Shown here: one piece after another, positions 1 through 12,274 of the stretch
Layout of the letters: each line of letters starts with the position of its first letter
Numbering within the stretch: position 1 is the first letter of the stretch
NCBI RefSeq assembly: GCF_964204645.1
Contig: NC_134026.1
Coordinates: forward strand, 7,525,950-7,589,949
Direction of reading: 5' to 3'
DNA from: Tubulanus polymorphus
Lineage: Eukaryota > Animalia > Nemertea
Length of the DNA: 64,000 bases
Made by a program: the position numbers and the translations under genes
The notes under the pieces: model-generated
Told to the model about the DNA's origin: nothing
What the model saw: only the letters and a program-made list of their open reading frames with translations
The model's database searches: none

Positions 1-783
1 TTAGATTGTCGAGGTTGATTCACTGCATGCACTGTACCCATCATAGATTGGCTTAAGTCCAAATGTGGTCTTAAATCATAAGAGTTAGGTTGATTTTAAA
101 CAAAAATGAGTTTTAGACTGGTCTTAAGTTGTTAGATTGACTATAGACTAAAATGAGCTGAGAGCGGTTTTAAGCGGTTGGAATACTGATGGCTTGAATA
201 CTCATGACAAATAGCTTAGACTGGTCTTAAATGTAACTCGAGACTCGCTGCAATTCGCTCCTGGGTTTCATCAAGTAAAAGAGAGGCTGGATGGTGAATT
301 TCATTTGATTCAGATGATTCCATCTTGTCTTAGTGTGAAATCTAGTTTGTAGTTACTGCGACGATACTTTGTGTTTGGAGATGATATTTTATTCCCACGG
401 CGTGTTTCAGACCAGACGACAGACAGACAGTGTCTGGGGCAGAATAACTCAATTTTACTTTCATTCTCTGTCATTATTTATTTCACATCCTGTTCCTGCT
501 TATGACGTGTAGTTCAGCAGCATCTGACAAATTGATGATCCACAAAATGAACACAAAAAATTCGCAGATTCATTAAGAATAACCTACGGATTTAAGAAAA
601 AATAACAAAAGAAGTTTAATATGCTAACTTACGGTTGCATAAATGAAGAGAATTGCCAAAAATCGAATTGGTTTAATGAAAATAGGTAGGTCAAATACAA
701 TATGCTAAACTCTACACCATAGCACCATAGCACAGAGTCTATGACCACTCACGCCAAGTTGTTTGAAGAAAATTTAAAAAGCC

Positions 784-855
784 AGGTTCTACCGAGATTC
801 GAACTCGGGCTACTGGATTCAAAGTCCAATGTGCTAACCACTACACCATAGAACC
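784..855 (-). tRNA. trnQ-TTG: tRNA-Gln (anticodon UUG)
   Basis: Reverse complement GGTTCTA TG GTGT AGTGGTTA GCAC A TTGGA CTTTGAA TCCAG TAGC CCGAG TTCGAAT CTCGG TAGAACC T folds into a canonical 72-nt cloverleaf with a TTG anticodon; a T5 Pol III terminator follows 3 nt downstream on the minus strand. Confidence 0.97.
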
Positions 856-1430
856 AATTATATCAGTCGTTGTCTATATTTTGATAAAGTTGCTAAACCA
901 TGTCAACTGGTTTTAAGGGGTTTAAGTAATTCACATTTTAATTACACATGCTGTTTGAACAGTGCTGTGTGTAATGCTGGCAAACATGTTTAGATTAATT
1001 GAATATTTGCTGTAAATGCAATAGAACAAAACTGAATCTCAAATCGAACCACATTCAGAGGGCGTGTACCTTAGGTACCCTTGAGATAGATAGTCTATAG
1101 AAGAGGGCGTCTGTAGAAGAAGCCCATTGGGTTTAGTGGTCCTCGAGGAACGTTTACGGTGTCTCATGACAAAGATAGTCTGGTTAAATGCCGATAGTAG
1201 AAAATATCGCTGTTCTGTGCGGGTTCACTTGTCTCTGATACTACGGACTCATGAGCCCACTACAGTTAATCCATGGTCCAGGATAAGCCTTGTTTTACTT
1301 AAACACAGTAACAGTCACAGTCTCAATCTCTTGCTTCCGGCGAACGACATTAGTGACGTCACCGCGCGTTAAAAATGAAGATGGACAACTTCCGGTTGTT
1401 TCACTCTCAAAGGAAGCTTCGATTTATTAT
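840..1430. repeat. Segmental duplication, copy 1 (paralog at ~7980-8550)
   Basis: Colinear blocks such as 'ctacaccatagaacca...gttgctaaaccatg', 'atgagcccactacagtt', 'ggataagcct', 'aatctcttgcttccgg' and 'ctctcaaa-ggaa' recur at 7980-8550. Confidence 0.85.
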
Positions 1431-1554
1431 TTTCAGAAGATTTGATTGCGTAGTGGCACAAACAGGCAGAGTGCCGGGTGCCACTCAGAAATGTTCACAT
1501 GGGTTAGTAAGCCCCGCTGCTTTAAAATCTCTATGATTTACACCACCTAAACTT

Positions 1555-1651
1555 GGTCCAGTTTAATACCGAGTGCGCTTTTATAAACTGGTATTAACTT
1601 AATTGAATTCAAACTCACCAGATTGAAGATACCAGTCTATAAAACTGGCCC
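1555..1651. mobile_element. Degenerate palindromic MITE (family also at 15385-15594 and 63240-63349)
   Basis: Shared termini 'ttttata(g/a)actggtatt' ... 'accagtctataaaactggcc'. Confidence 0.6.
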
Positions 1652-2116
1652 TTGGTACGTTAAGGCGTTTTAAGCAGCTAACTAGGCAAACAAATAGATT
1701 CCGTGCAGGTATGATTCGTGTGTACTGCTGTACAGGACCTACAAGCTGCTGGACTATTACATTAACTAATTCAATTCTTTCCCCCACAATAGAAAACATA
1801 AATTGGTTCAGATATACTCGTGTTACCGCCGCTGCTGCTGCAACTATCAATTTAGATCTGAATAGTGAGTAAAAATTACTGGCCATAGCAGCTCGAAATG
1901 TAGCTGCCAGATTTGCATTAGATTAGAAATATGAAATAATTCACTCAATGTCACTGTTACCTTATTTGGACGTAACGTAGGACTTATTTTGTTTAGCGGC
2001 ACCCTCATAACGAATAGTTTAAGAGAGGTATTCTAAGTACTTATATCGCAAAGGACATTAAGTATCTAAACTAATGAGGCTGCCTGCACATAGGCCTATT
2101 CTTTGATGGTAAATAA

Positions 2117-2220
2117 TGACATGATATGATATGGTATGATATGATATGATATGATATGATATGATATGATATGATATGATATGATATGATATGATGTGAT
2201 ATAATATGATATGACATATG
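2117..2220. repeat. (ATATG)n pentanucleotide microsatellite
   Basis: About 20 near-perfect ATATG units. Confidence 0.95.
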
Positions 2221-2264
2221 ATTAAATGATATAAATTGCACGAAGTAAAACATGTTTGAAATGG

Positions 2265-3183
2265 TTATTTGACTGAATTTCTACAACGGATTTTCATGCA
2301 GAAAAATTCACGAATTTCTTGTCCCAAAATTTACCACAAAGTTACAAACTTGAAATTGTGTGAAAATGTCGTGTAGAAATTCTTCCATTCCGGTGAGATT
2401 GGTAAAAATATTGTAATGGTATTTGGAAGTGTGAACATTGCAAATGCGAGTGAAACTGTTACAAGCATTGTTGTTGTACGTTAGGATTTTGTAGTTTTCT
2501 GATCTGACGAAACCATTTTTAAACCTCTGAATAACTGAATTATTATTACAGAATTTGATGTAATAATCAAGGTTAATGGTAGAATGTTAAGTAAGTGGAT
2601 GACAAATATGGTGAATACTGTTAACTGATCAATCAACCGATAGAAACATCCAAAAATCTGGTCATTAAAATGTAGTGACAAAGCAGGGCTAAGAAATATA
2701 ACCAGTTGATTTACAGCAGTGATCATCAATATAACAAATCTGGTGAATCTCGGTGTACATATCAAACGAGATGTGATCGGGAAGAGCACAACTGCTGCAC
2801 GTTCTAGAGATATTGCTACCATTAACAACGAACTTGTGCAGGCTAAAAGTAGCATTACAAATTCATTGATTTGACAACTTCATCATGAATATCGGAAGAT
2901 CTTTAACGTGCAAAAGCATAAACTGTAAAACAGGCATCAATGTAAAATTGATACAGAACGTGAAATCACTGAGAGACAAAACGATAAGATAGTTAGCGTA
3001 AGATAAACTGCGGAATCTGCGGCTTATCGTTATCAGGAAAGTAGCTGAATTCCGAACGCCCCAAACATGAACAGAATAGGCAGATACTGTCACAATACGA
3101 TAACTTCCAGAACTGTTCACTACAGACATGTAAACGATGTTACCGCTGTAAGTTTTATCAATTTGAAATCGAGTTGAATTCAT
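2265..3183 (-). pseudogene. Family-1 class-A GPCR pseudogene (frameshifts and premature stops)
   Basis: ORF pieces 2863-3183 and 2481-2855 align with the intact 4689-5639 protein (MNST..., RFRSLSYANYL, SLERxAVVLFP). There is an in-frame TAA at 2481-2483 where paralogs encode Lys, and the TM7 YIYLL codons are deleted near 2325. Confidence 0.92.
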
Positions 3184-3847
3184 GATTCACGAGGACGTAA
3201 TGCTTTTTGTCTGATTCGCCATGGAAGAATAAACTGTTGAAGGTCTGGACTGACTCGTATCATTGGACTGACGCAAATTCGGGCCTTCTCTTATTCGTTT
3301 AAACTCATATCATAAACTAATATTCATTGTTCTCATCAATTGAAAAATAATTGTTCATAAATCTAAGACAATTTTCTCATATTTTGTGAAAGTTTATCGT
3401 TGTGTAAGATATACATGTACCTAAATTAAACATCAATATTCGTTGTACAAGAATTCATTGCAATTGATGAAATATCTTATAGTAAAACATCTTAACAGGT
3501 TAGAAAATGGTTGCACAAGTTATATGTGATCAAAACGGCAAGAAGTATTGTTTATAGGAATTTTTACCCTTGGATAATGAAGCTGAAAAGATTACGGATT
3601 ACGGAGCCGTTTGCCCTAAGAATCTAATAGTTGTTTAGATCCATAAGCGCTTGGTCTTATTTTAAAATCTACTACAAAGTTGTTTGAATCAATAAACACT
3701 GGGTCTCATTTTAACTCATGGTTTGTGACGAATCGGTGTTGTAGATTGTAAACTAAAAAACATTCTAGGACAAAATGATACTAATAATCCTAGTAACCGT
3801 GATACAACCTAATAACAAATACACTTATTTCGATTTCGTATAACTCA

Positions 3848-4140
3848 AAGCCGCGATCACACGGAAAGATTTGGCCCGGGCCTTTGCACGAGTCAAATTT
3901 GGTCCATGCCTAATGAAGCGCGTTCACTTGTAAACCACTCGTTCGTTACTGAACAATGTTTAAACAAAGCGATATGAGTCATTTCCGGAACCTGTCGTAA
4001 ATCACACGCAATAATTTGACCCGTGCTAGAATTCGCGACGTTTTTAGTCGGGCCAAATTTGGCCTTGGCCTTACAGGCACGGGCCCATTTGGCACCCGTG
4101 TAACTGGTTGTTCCGGGCTAAATTTGTTCGTGTGGTCTTT
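3848..4140. mobile_element. Non-autonomous DNA transposon with imperfect TIRs (PIF/Harbinger-like by terminal sequence)
   Basis: Left end 'aaagccgcgatcacacggaaagatttggcccgg' matches the reverse complement of the right end 'aaagaccacacgaacaaatttagcccgg'; GC-rich island with internal 'aaatttggcc/ggcccattt' repeats. TSD not clear. Confidence 0.55.
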
Positions 4141-4214
4141 ACAAAAAAAATGTAATTTTCCCGCTATTTTTCTGCAACCAGTCCACTGTACGCCGAGGAT
4201 ACACGTGTACGAAG

Positions 4215-4280
4215 TGAACCATACTCGAGGTCAATGGTTATTTGTCTGAATTTCTACAGAGGATTTTCATGTAGAATATA
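4215..4280 (-). pseudogene. Isolated 3' tip of a family-1 GPCR (last ~14 codons plus 3' flank)
   Basis: 'tcaatggttatttgtctgaatttctacagaggattttcatg' matches the stop region of copies at 4689 and 40072. Confidence 0.7.
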
Positions 4281-4688
4281 GGCCCAAGTGTAGAAAACGG
4301 GGTAATAGTGCAAGGGCGTAGGGACATATCCCATACGTTGGTAGCGATTCGGTTCTGGATTTTGACGGGATTCGAAGACGTAAACTGGTTGACTTGACAT
4401 AATCGAAACTGATGAAAGAAACTTTTTATTGTCGTTTTATTGTAAGTTCGACTTTGGCAATTTCACGGACTAATAACAAAATGAATTCTGTGTGTGTTGT
4501 GTAGAAAAATAATAAACTAATATAGAAAATTCTATGGTATGTGTGGAAAAAGAATTTTAATTTTTCAAAGTTTTACTTTATGGAAAACTTAACAATAAAA
4601 TGTGATTTAGTGAATGTCACTGTAGCCAGTTCACGATGAAAACGGGTTAAAGTTGTATGAAGTGAATTAAACTTGCAAAATCACCGGG

Positions 4689-5639
4689 TTATTTGACTGA
4701 ATTTCTACAGCGGATTTTCATACAGAAATATTCACGAATTTCTCGTCCCAGTAAAAGATATATGTAGAAATTTACCACAAAGTTGCAAACATGGATGTGT
4801 GTGAAAATATCTTGAAGAAGTTCTCTCCGTCCCGGTGCGACTGTTAAAAATGTAGTAATAGTAGATGGAAGATTAAACATTGCAAATGCGAGTGAAACTG
4901 TTACAAGCATTATTGTCGTACGTTTTAATTTTGTAGATTTCTGATCAGATGAAACTATTTTTGAACCTCTGAATAACTTAATTATTATAACAGAATTTGA
5001 TATTAGTATCAATGATAACGGTAAAAATGTGAGGTAAACTTCAGCTATGGTATAAAGTATCATTTGGTCAACTAATCTATAGTAACACCCGAAAAAGTGG
5101 TCGGTAAAATATACCGACATAGCAGGTGTGAGATATAGAAAAAGTACATTCGCTGCAGTAATTATCAATGTAGCAAATCTTGCGAATCTCGGTGTACATA
5201 TCAAACGATATGTGAACGGGAAGAGCACAACTGCCACACGTTCAAGAGATATTGCTACTATTAACCACGAACTACTGCTCATTGAAAGACCCATTATAAA
5301 TCCGTACATTCGACAACTGATCTGTGAATTCATGATGAATATAGGACTTCCTTTGACGTGGAAGAGAACAAACTGTAAAACAGGCATCAGCGTAAAATTG
5401 ATGCAGAACGTGAAATCACAGAGAGACAAAGCGATAAGATAGTTAGCGTAAGATAAACTGCGGAATCGGTGACTTATCATAATCAGGAAAGTAGCCGAAT
5501 TTCCGAAGGCTCCAAACATGAACAAGGCTGGAAGAATGACCAGCGACACAGTACGATAGACCCCGGTTTTGTTCACCACAGACATGATGACAATGTTACT
5601 GGTATAAGCTCGACCGATTTGCATCTGGGTAGAATTCAT
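4689..5639 (-). CDS. Intronless class-A (rhodopsin-like) GPCR, family 1, 316 aa; orphan, FMRFamide-receptor-like/chemoreceptor-like
   Basis: Seven hydrophobic segments; TM1 GN, TM2 LSLCD, TM3 Cys and SLERV (DRY variant), ECL2 Cys, TM6 FNLP, TM7 NFYIY followed by helix-8 REIREYF. Confidence 0.93.
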   Translation of the reverse strand: MNSTQMQIGRAYTSNIVIMSVVNKTGVYRTVSLVILPALFMFGAFGNSATFLIMISHRFRSLSYANYLIALSLCDFTFCINFTLMPVLQFVLFHVKGSPIFIMNSQISCRMYGFIMGLSMSSSSWLIVAISLERVAVVLFPFTYRLICTPRFARFATLIITAANVLFLYLTPAMSVYFTDHFFGCYYRLVDQMILYTIAEVYLTFLPLSLILISNSVIIIKLFRGSKIVSSDQKSTKLKRTTIMLVTVSLAFAMFNLPSTITTFLTVAPGRRELLQDIFTHIHVCNFVVNFYIYLLLGREIREYFCMKIRCRNSVK

Positions 5640-6618
5640 GATTCGCGACGAATACTCATAAACTGAAAGTAGGCTTAATCAGTACGGACACAAACGATAT
5701 GAGTTGAGCCAATCTGCATCTAAGTTAGATACCTTATTCATAGAGAAAGCGCTGGGCGAATCGACCGTTGAAGATGTGGATTGAATGTGATGCAAATTAA
5801 AAACCAACTCTTATTCATTGAAGTTCACATTTCATTGTTCGCATCAAATGAAGAATCAATTCTTACAAATCTAACACAATTTACTCAGATTTCGTGAAAG
5901 TTTATTATTTTGTCAATCATAATATGTAAAATGCGCTATATAAAAATAAATTGTATTCCCATCATTATTATTAAAAGGAATTTGGTATTTCGGCTCTGGT
6001 GTTCCATCCGTAACAGGATTTGTATAAGTTGACGATAGAATGTATTTTGATTGGATGTCGCTGTAACCAGTCGATAGTAAATATACGGGTTCAAGTTGTA
6101 TGAAGTAAATCAAACTTGAAATCTATGGTTATTTTTCTGCTATTTTAGCAGACACTAGTGTAGTGCATCTCAAATGTCTATTCTTCAGCAGTTCTGTAAA
6201 GGGTCTTTTTCCAATTCTAGATCACAACACTCTAAAAGCGGTATTTGAATATTACATATCGATTGTAGGTTGATATATTCAAAAATGAATCGGTTAAAAA
6301 TCCTAAATTTTGGTAAAAATGAAAACATTTTTTCCAGTAGATTCTGGAACTACTTGTATCACAGCAGTGATGTAGTCAAGGAAACGGGAACTCAACAATG
6401 GCGGCCTTGGTGATCAACAGTGCGCACGAGATTCCATTACACAAAATTAATGTCATCTTCACTGATGTGAGAAACAGAATTCAGCTCTATAGTCCGTTCT
6501 ACCCGCGGGAAGAGACGGACGTCTACCAGCTACACTGCAGTAGGAATAACTAACCGTGTCTAAAATGACTGACGTCATCTCTTTGAAGTTTGGAAATAAT
6601 AAACTTCCTTTGACTGTT

Positions 6619-6970
6619 TGACATTATCAACTGTCTACTAGATTTTGGTTAATGTCACCATGTGTCACACTGCTAACCCCCATCCACTTCTACTCCACTT
6701 AGTTACATAATTTGTATTCATCCTAACTGTTCATAGAATTTTGTGGTTTCTACGGTTTTTACCCCTGGTTGTTTTCATTTGTCACTTGTTCTGTTTACAT
6801 TCATTCTGACACATCGCTTTTGTTTATGTCCTGTAAGTTTGTATTATACATTACTTCTGTTTTCTGGTCATTCCACCTGATGATGGCTGTTAGTCAACAG
6901 CCGAAACGTCGTGGTTTCGTTCTAATAAATTATTTCATATAAAATTCGAATTGTGGGACTTCTTCAAATA
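6619..6970 (+). mobile_element. Solo pseudo-LTR-like insertion of a Penelope-like retroelement or retrozyme
   Basis: Absent from the paralogous segment (empty site 'ccttgaccgttattc' at ~9707-9721). Flanked by ACTGTT (6613-6618) and ACCGTT (6971-6976). Contains a hammerhead motif followed by AATAAA, the known layout of PLE pLTRs. Confidence 0.72.
6873..6914 (+). ncRNA. Minimal type-I hammerhead ribozyme
   Basis: CCAC-CTGATGA-T-GGCTGTT(AGTC)AACAGCC-GAAA-CG-TC-GTGG: stem I CCAC/GTGG, 7-bp stem II, complete catalytic core, palindromic ACGT in place of stem III, predicted cleavage after GUC (C6910). Confidence 0.85.
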
Positions 6971-7019
6971 ACCGTTATTCATGTATGAGGAACTGGTAAT
7001 GTGCTTGTCGCTTTAATTC

Positions 7020-7295
7020 AAACCAATTCCGCAGTTGCCTGGGTTTCATTGGATTCTTAATCCATTCCACAGTTCTAAGGACTCGAACCCAGTTACACAG
7101 TTGTGTGTGGTTTCAATGGACTCTTGATCCAGTTCCACAGTTGTTTAGTTTCGAACCCAGTTTCACAGTTTTAAGGACTCGAACCCGGTTAGACAGTTGT
7201 GTGTGGTTTCATTGGACTCTTGATCCAGTTCCACAGTTTTTTAGTTTCGAACCCAGTTCCACAGTTTTAAGGGCTCGAACCCAGTTACACAGTTG
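7020..7295. repeat. 96-bp higher-order tandem repeat built from 'ccagttccacagtt' subunits
   Basis: 'aagg(a/g)ctcgaaccc' recurs at ~7077, 7173 and 7269. A related degenerate tract lies at 9760-9930. Confidence 0.85.
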
Positions 7296-7979
7296 TATGG
7301 GTTAAACCCACCAATTCATTTTTAACTCGACTCTGTTGTCTAGAGGCAGCGGTTCTCTGTTGAACCGGGGTCATGTATAAAATAAACCAACAGCCAATCG
7401 TTATCGGCGAATAAATAGATTGATAAATTGGATTTGAGTGTTGTGTGGTTTTCAGCCGCGAGGTCTCCTATGATATCGGTATTGAGTAATGATTTAATTA
7501 TAGAGAATGATCCACACGTCGCGTGTGTTTTACCATATTCACATAGATATCAATAACGCTAGGGGGAGGAGGGGGAGGGGTGGCGGTTCAGAGTGGAGTT
7601 AATACAGAATCATGCTGTCACTCGATGTGGGTTACTATCGAATATAGCCTAGAGGGGGATAGTCAGTAATGGCAACATATCGGCGTATAGACTAGATAAA
7701 CCCTAAAGGGGGTGAAAGCTGCAAATATCGACGGAAGTGGTTAGCTGGAAATAACTAATCGACAGGTTTGATATATGTTCCTCAGGATAATCGGGACTCG
7801 AACCTGCGTGAGATTCAGTTGAATGAGACGTTTTGTGAAGATGGTGTTTTGATATTAAACAGTCACTTTAGCACATGTTAATGCTCAAATCTTTATTGTA
7901 AAATATGGCGCAGAATAAGCTTATAAACGTTGAAACTTTAGTGGCAATTGTCTTGTTCCTCAAGAAGTGTTTTTGTCTC

Positions 7980-8550
7980 CACTACAACATAGAACCAGTT
8001 ACCGTTTCCGTTTATATTTTGATCAAGTTGCTAAACCATGTTAACTGGTTTTAGGGGATTTTTTTCAGATTTTTCAGATTTCAATTAGACTGCTGTTTGA
8101 ACAGTCCTGGCTTTTTGGCTGGCAAACACGTGTCTTGATTGGTTGAATATTTGCTGTGAATTCAATAGAACAGTAGTGAGGTGTCTTTCGAGGCAGAGAG
8201 GATGTACAGGGGGCCATAGAGACAGTCTGAACCCAGACTACCCTTGTGATGAAACACCGTATAAGAACCTTGAGGGCCACTAACCCCATCACAAGGATAG
8301 TCTGGGTGAATGCCGATAGAAAAACATCTCGCTGTTCTGTGCGGGTTAGATGAGCCCTGATGATGCTGATGAGCCCACTACAGTTATAATCCATGATCCA
8401 GGATAAGCCTAGTTTTACTTAAACACTGTTGTAACAGTGACAGTCTTAATCTCTTGCTTCCGGTGAACACCAGTAATGATGTCACCGCACGTTCAAAACG
8501 AGGCTGGACTACTTCCGGTTACTTCGCTCTCAAAAGGAAAGCTTCTATAT
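7980..8550. repeat. Segmental duplication, copy 2 (paralog of 840-1430), beginning with the 5' ~16 nt of a truncated tRNA-Gln
   Basis: 'cactacaacatagaacc' at 7980-7996 is the reverse complement of the tRNA 5' end with one mismatch; the downstream sequence is colinear with 856-1430. Confidence 0.8.
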
Positions 8551-9086
8551 TTTCTTAATAATCTACATTGTTTCAGTAAAAGATATATGAATAGAAATAG
8601 AAATTTACCACATAGTTACAAACTAGAAACTGAAAATGTGTCACTTCCGACATATTTCATAATCTTAACGTAGATGACGGTTTTGATGTATCATCATACA
8701 ATTCGATGTCAGGAAACAAGCAACACATTAACGTGGAAAGTATGAAATATATTGTTTTGTCAAGAAACTGTAATTGAAACTGCGAAAAATTGCATAAAAA
8801 CAATTCTCTTAAATTCTACGGGAACACAGTTAACACCAAAGAATACGCCTTGGAGTTAAGTAGAATCCTAAATAATTTGGTAGAAATCCGTTGAGTAGTT
8901 AAGGAACCTTAAGCTCTCAGTGACTTGTGTGAAAAAGCAGAATACACTAAAAAGTTCTATTGTATTGTAATATCACTGTGATTGTAAAATTAACATTAAA
9001 ATGTAATTTACTGAATGCCACTTTAACCAGTTCACTGAAAATACGGGTTAAAGTTGTGTGAAGTGAAACACCTTTGAAATCAATGG

Positions 9087-9505
9087 TTATTTGATAGAAT
9101 TTCTACAGCAGATTTTCATACAAAAATATTCACGAATTTCTCGTCCAAGTAAAAGATAACTGTAAACATATACCACAAAGTTGCACATAGAAAACTGAGT
9201 GAAAATGACGTATAGAAAATCTCTCTGTTCTGGTGAGATTGGTAAGAATACCGTGATAGTAATTGGAAGTGTAGATATTGCAAACGCGAGTGAAACTGTT
9301 ACAAGCAATATTGTTGTACGTTTTGATTTTTTGTAGTTTTCTGATCAGATGAAACCATTTTGAACCTCTGAATAACTGAATTATTACAGAATTTGATACT
9401 AGAATCAAAGATAAAGGTAATACGTGTAATTTTTGGATGATAAAATGCCATAGAATATGTTATTTGGCCAGAAAATTCATAATAACATGCAAAGAACGGG
9501 AACTC
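9087..9505 (-). pseudogene. Family-1 GPCR pseudogene, C-terminal half only (ECL2 to C-terminus), frameshifted
   Basis: Translated pieces FFACYYE, SNSVIIQLFRGSK, VSSDQKTTK and LVTVSLAFA...LLLGREIREYFCMKI lie in different frames. Confidence 0.88.
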
Positions 9506-11007
9506 AACAATGGCGTCCTTGGTGATCAAAAGTGCGCATGGGGTTCCATTATCTTCACTGATGTGATAAACAGAATTTAGCTCTAGTCCGTTCCACCCGC
9601 GGGAAGAGGTTTGCGTGTCTTCCAGCTACATCGCAGTAGGAATAACTAACCGTGTCTAAAATACTCAGACGACGTCATCTCTTTGAGGTTTGGAAATAAC
9701 AAACTTCCTTGACCGTTATTCATGTGTGAGGAACTGGTAACGTGCTTGTCTCTTTACCTAAACCCAATTCCATTAGGGTTTCATCTAACGCTGTACCTTG
9801 GTCCACAGTTGTGTGGGTTTAATTATGCTGTGAATCTAGTTCCACAGTTGTAACAGCTTGAAATTGAACCCAGTTTCACATTTGTGTGGGTTTGATTTGA
9901 CTGTGAACCCAGTTCCACAGTTGCGAGTTTGTCATTGAAATACATGAAAATGTGTTGAATATGAAATGAGTCATGAAATATATTTGATTACAAAATTAAC
10001 GCATAAATTCACAATTGTAATTTTGTTACGTCAATATTGATGACGTAGTGCACATCGAATCAACGCGTAGTATGTATTATCAATGTAGTTATCAATGTAT
10101 TGTTGCGACATATTATATTGGGTCTATTATAAAGAGCTTTTAATTATTCGATAGTGCTCGGCAGCAGTCATTGTCGCACGAGTTGGATATAGCGCAGCAG
10201 CAGAAAGTGACACGTTCGTAGTTAAATTGATTAAAATTTCTATGTCACAACAAAGTATAAAAACGGTCGTTACGGTTTTTACGGCGTCGAAAAACTCCGT
10301 CCAGTTTGGCACCATAGCGTCGCTTATTGAACCTCGGCTGTGTGTTATGCGTAGCTATGATGCAAAGAATTCCAGACACGCCATTATTAGTAAATATTCA
10401 GCGAAACAAAAAAACCACCGCTGCCGCATAAGTCAATTGGTGCTCTATAAATTGTGGTTGCTCTGCGGGGAGAGTCTGATTAGATACCGCGGTCATTTTG
10501 GTACCTCCTCTTCTGTCTCTCATTCAATACACGCGCTATTGAATTCATCTGCACTTGTTATATCTATATGAAAGTCTCGTAACTATTTGATATATCACAT
10601 GAGATCATCTCGGCGTACACGATATCACAATATCAGAAAAACAGAAATACAATCGGTCTCTTTGTCCATATACAAAGAACGTTTACGTAGAAATGTACAT
10701 ATTCGTAGAGTAGCCGTGTTAACCAGGTTTAAAATAAGTAACGAGACGAGTAGTACTGTATAGGTTAACTATTTGTTTGACGCACGAGCTTTCGTTTCTA
10801 ATGAATAGAAGCTTCATCAGGTGAATGAATCCTGATGAAGTCTGAAAGTCCGCGAGTCCACGGTATGTTCAATAACGTAACATTAACCCATGTAATCATC
10901 CTATATATTTCAACGAGTTGGGATTCGGGAATAAAAGAAAGTTTTACAAATAAATCTTTATTAAGATTCACCCATTTTCGAGCATGGTTTGTGTACCGAG
11001 TTGATCG

Positions 11008-11289
11008 CAGGGGTGGATTTAGGGGATGGTCTCGGGGTACCTGAACCCCTAGCCTTCCCATTGAGGTGGCCCTGTTCACACCGAGACAAAGATCGTGAAA
11101 ACCTGTGGATTTGACACTAATCCACTCAGAAATTGCAACCTCTCAGCTGTATCGAAAATATCTAAAACCGTGGGCGGGAACCAGGCAGAACCCGATAGAG
11201 GCCTTTGACTGAGGCTGCTTTATCAAAGAAATTCCCTTTATTTTCGTCTGGACATCAGCCTTCCAATTCCCTACCTAGATCCGCCCCTG
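11008..11289. mobile_element. Non-autonomous hAT-like element (CAGGGG...CCCCTG), probable 5-bp TSD
   Basis: TIRs 'caggggtggatttagg' / 'cctagatccgcccctg'; flanks GATCG / GACCG (one mismatch). Confidence 0.7.
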
Positions 11290-11960
11290 GACCGGTACCG
11301 AGTTAGGAGGAGTCTACTGTAGAGTTGACCGAGGGTGAGCAATCTGAATTTACCGTAGAGTTGACCGGTACCCAGTCAAGGAGAAGTCTAATACAGCCGT
11401 AACCCTAAAATGAATTGCATACGGCAATGCTTACTGCATTTTCTACACAGGAGTAAATGGGATTTATTTAGTCGTTACATTCCCCTCGCCGAGTCAATCG
11501 AGCTCGCAGCAGATTTACACAGTTCTTCAGAAAGCTTTTACTCCTAAATAAACCCTACGTTACATCAAAATCGTTCTAGCGAACGACGATTCAATTTTAC
11601 CGAAAAAGAAAATTACATCTTCTTTCCTCGAAAGAATCACCTCTGTGGCACGTACGCGACGCCGTTGTATGTTTCACCCGAACTGAAATGCATTGATTAA
11701 GTCTCTCGGTAAACACAACGTTTCCATCAAATTCCCAGCTACAAATATCGAATCCGGGAGAACAGACCCCGAACAGACCGATCCCGACTTATTGAACAGT
11801 TTCTACATCAAAGAAAATCGTCTCGATCCATTTATATCGGCTTAAGTGGATAAACTTGCTTATACGAAATAAAGAAAACTTTTAACATTCCCTTTTTATG
11901 CCTGTGACTTTCGCGTGGCCCGGATGTACGGATCACGTACTCAGCGTGACAAGCTTTTAA

Positions 11961-12274
11961 CCCTGGAATGCCCAAACGTACTTCTGGCAGTAGGGCAAAC
12001 CGCATATTTATTTTTTTCAGTTCATTTCGGGTCCCTCATGACAAATCAATATCAGTTTTGGAAATATTTTCACAATAACATGTTTTTGGGATGGGTCACA
12101 TATGACCCCTAAGCTGCTTCATTATTAGTTTAGAGTACCTAACTATTTTTAGAGAAACTTCATAACCTGAAAAAGTGCAACCTTTAATGCCCAGTGTTCC
12201 ATATATGGCCCAAATTTATTGATTGAAAACGTACAAGCTACGTTCTGGTCATGGGTCATATATGACCCCTTGGG
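11961..12274. mobile_element. piggyBac-type non-autonomous element
   Basis: TTAA|CCCTGG...TTGGG|TTAA (TTAA at 11957-11960 and 12275-12278); internal 'gggtca(c/t)atatgaccc' palindromes at ~12093 and ~12253. Confidence 0.7.

Noticed and set aside
699-722. Additional tRNA gene next to tRNA-Gln
   Set aside because: Only a ~24-nt imperfect copy of the tRNA 5' portion; no anticodon or T arm.
2071-2253. ORF with HIISY repeats (also poly-SG ORF 14969-15172 and poly-Y ORF 58158-58400)
   Set aside because: Translations of microsatellites.
5128-5442. Plus-strand ORFs overlapping GPCRs (also 43799, 45961, 50010, 53821, 54103) and Dmrt (61562)
   Set aside because: Antisense shadows of the real minus-strand coding sequences.
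10812-10850. CTTCATCAGG-n9-CCTGATGAAG hairpin with CTGATGA...GAAA as a hammerhead
   Set aside because: Only 5 nt lie between CTGATGA and GAAA (no stem II) and there is no matching stem I; it is a simple 10-bp inverted repeat.
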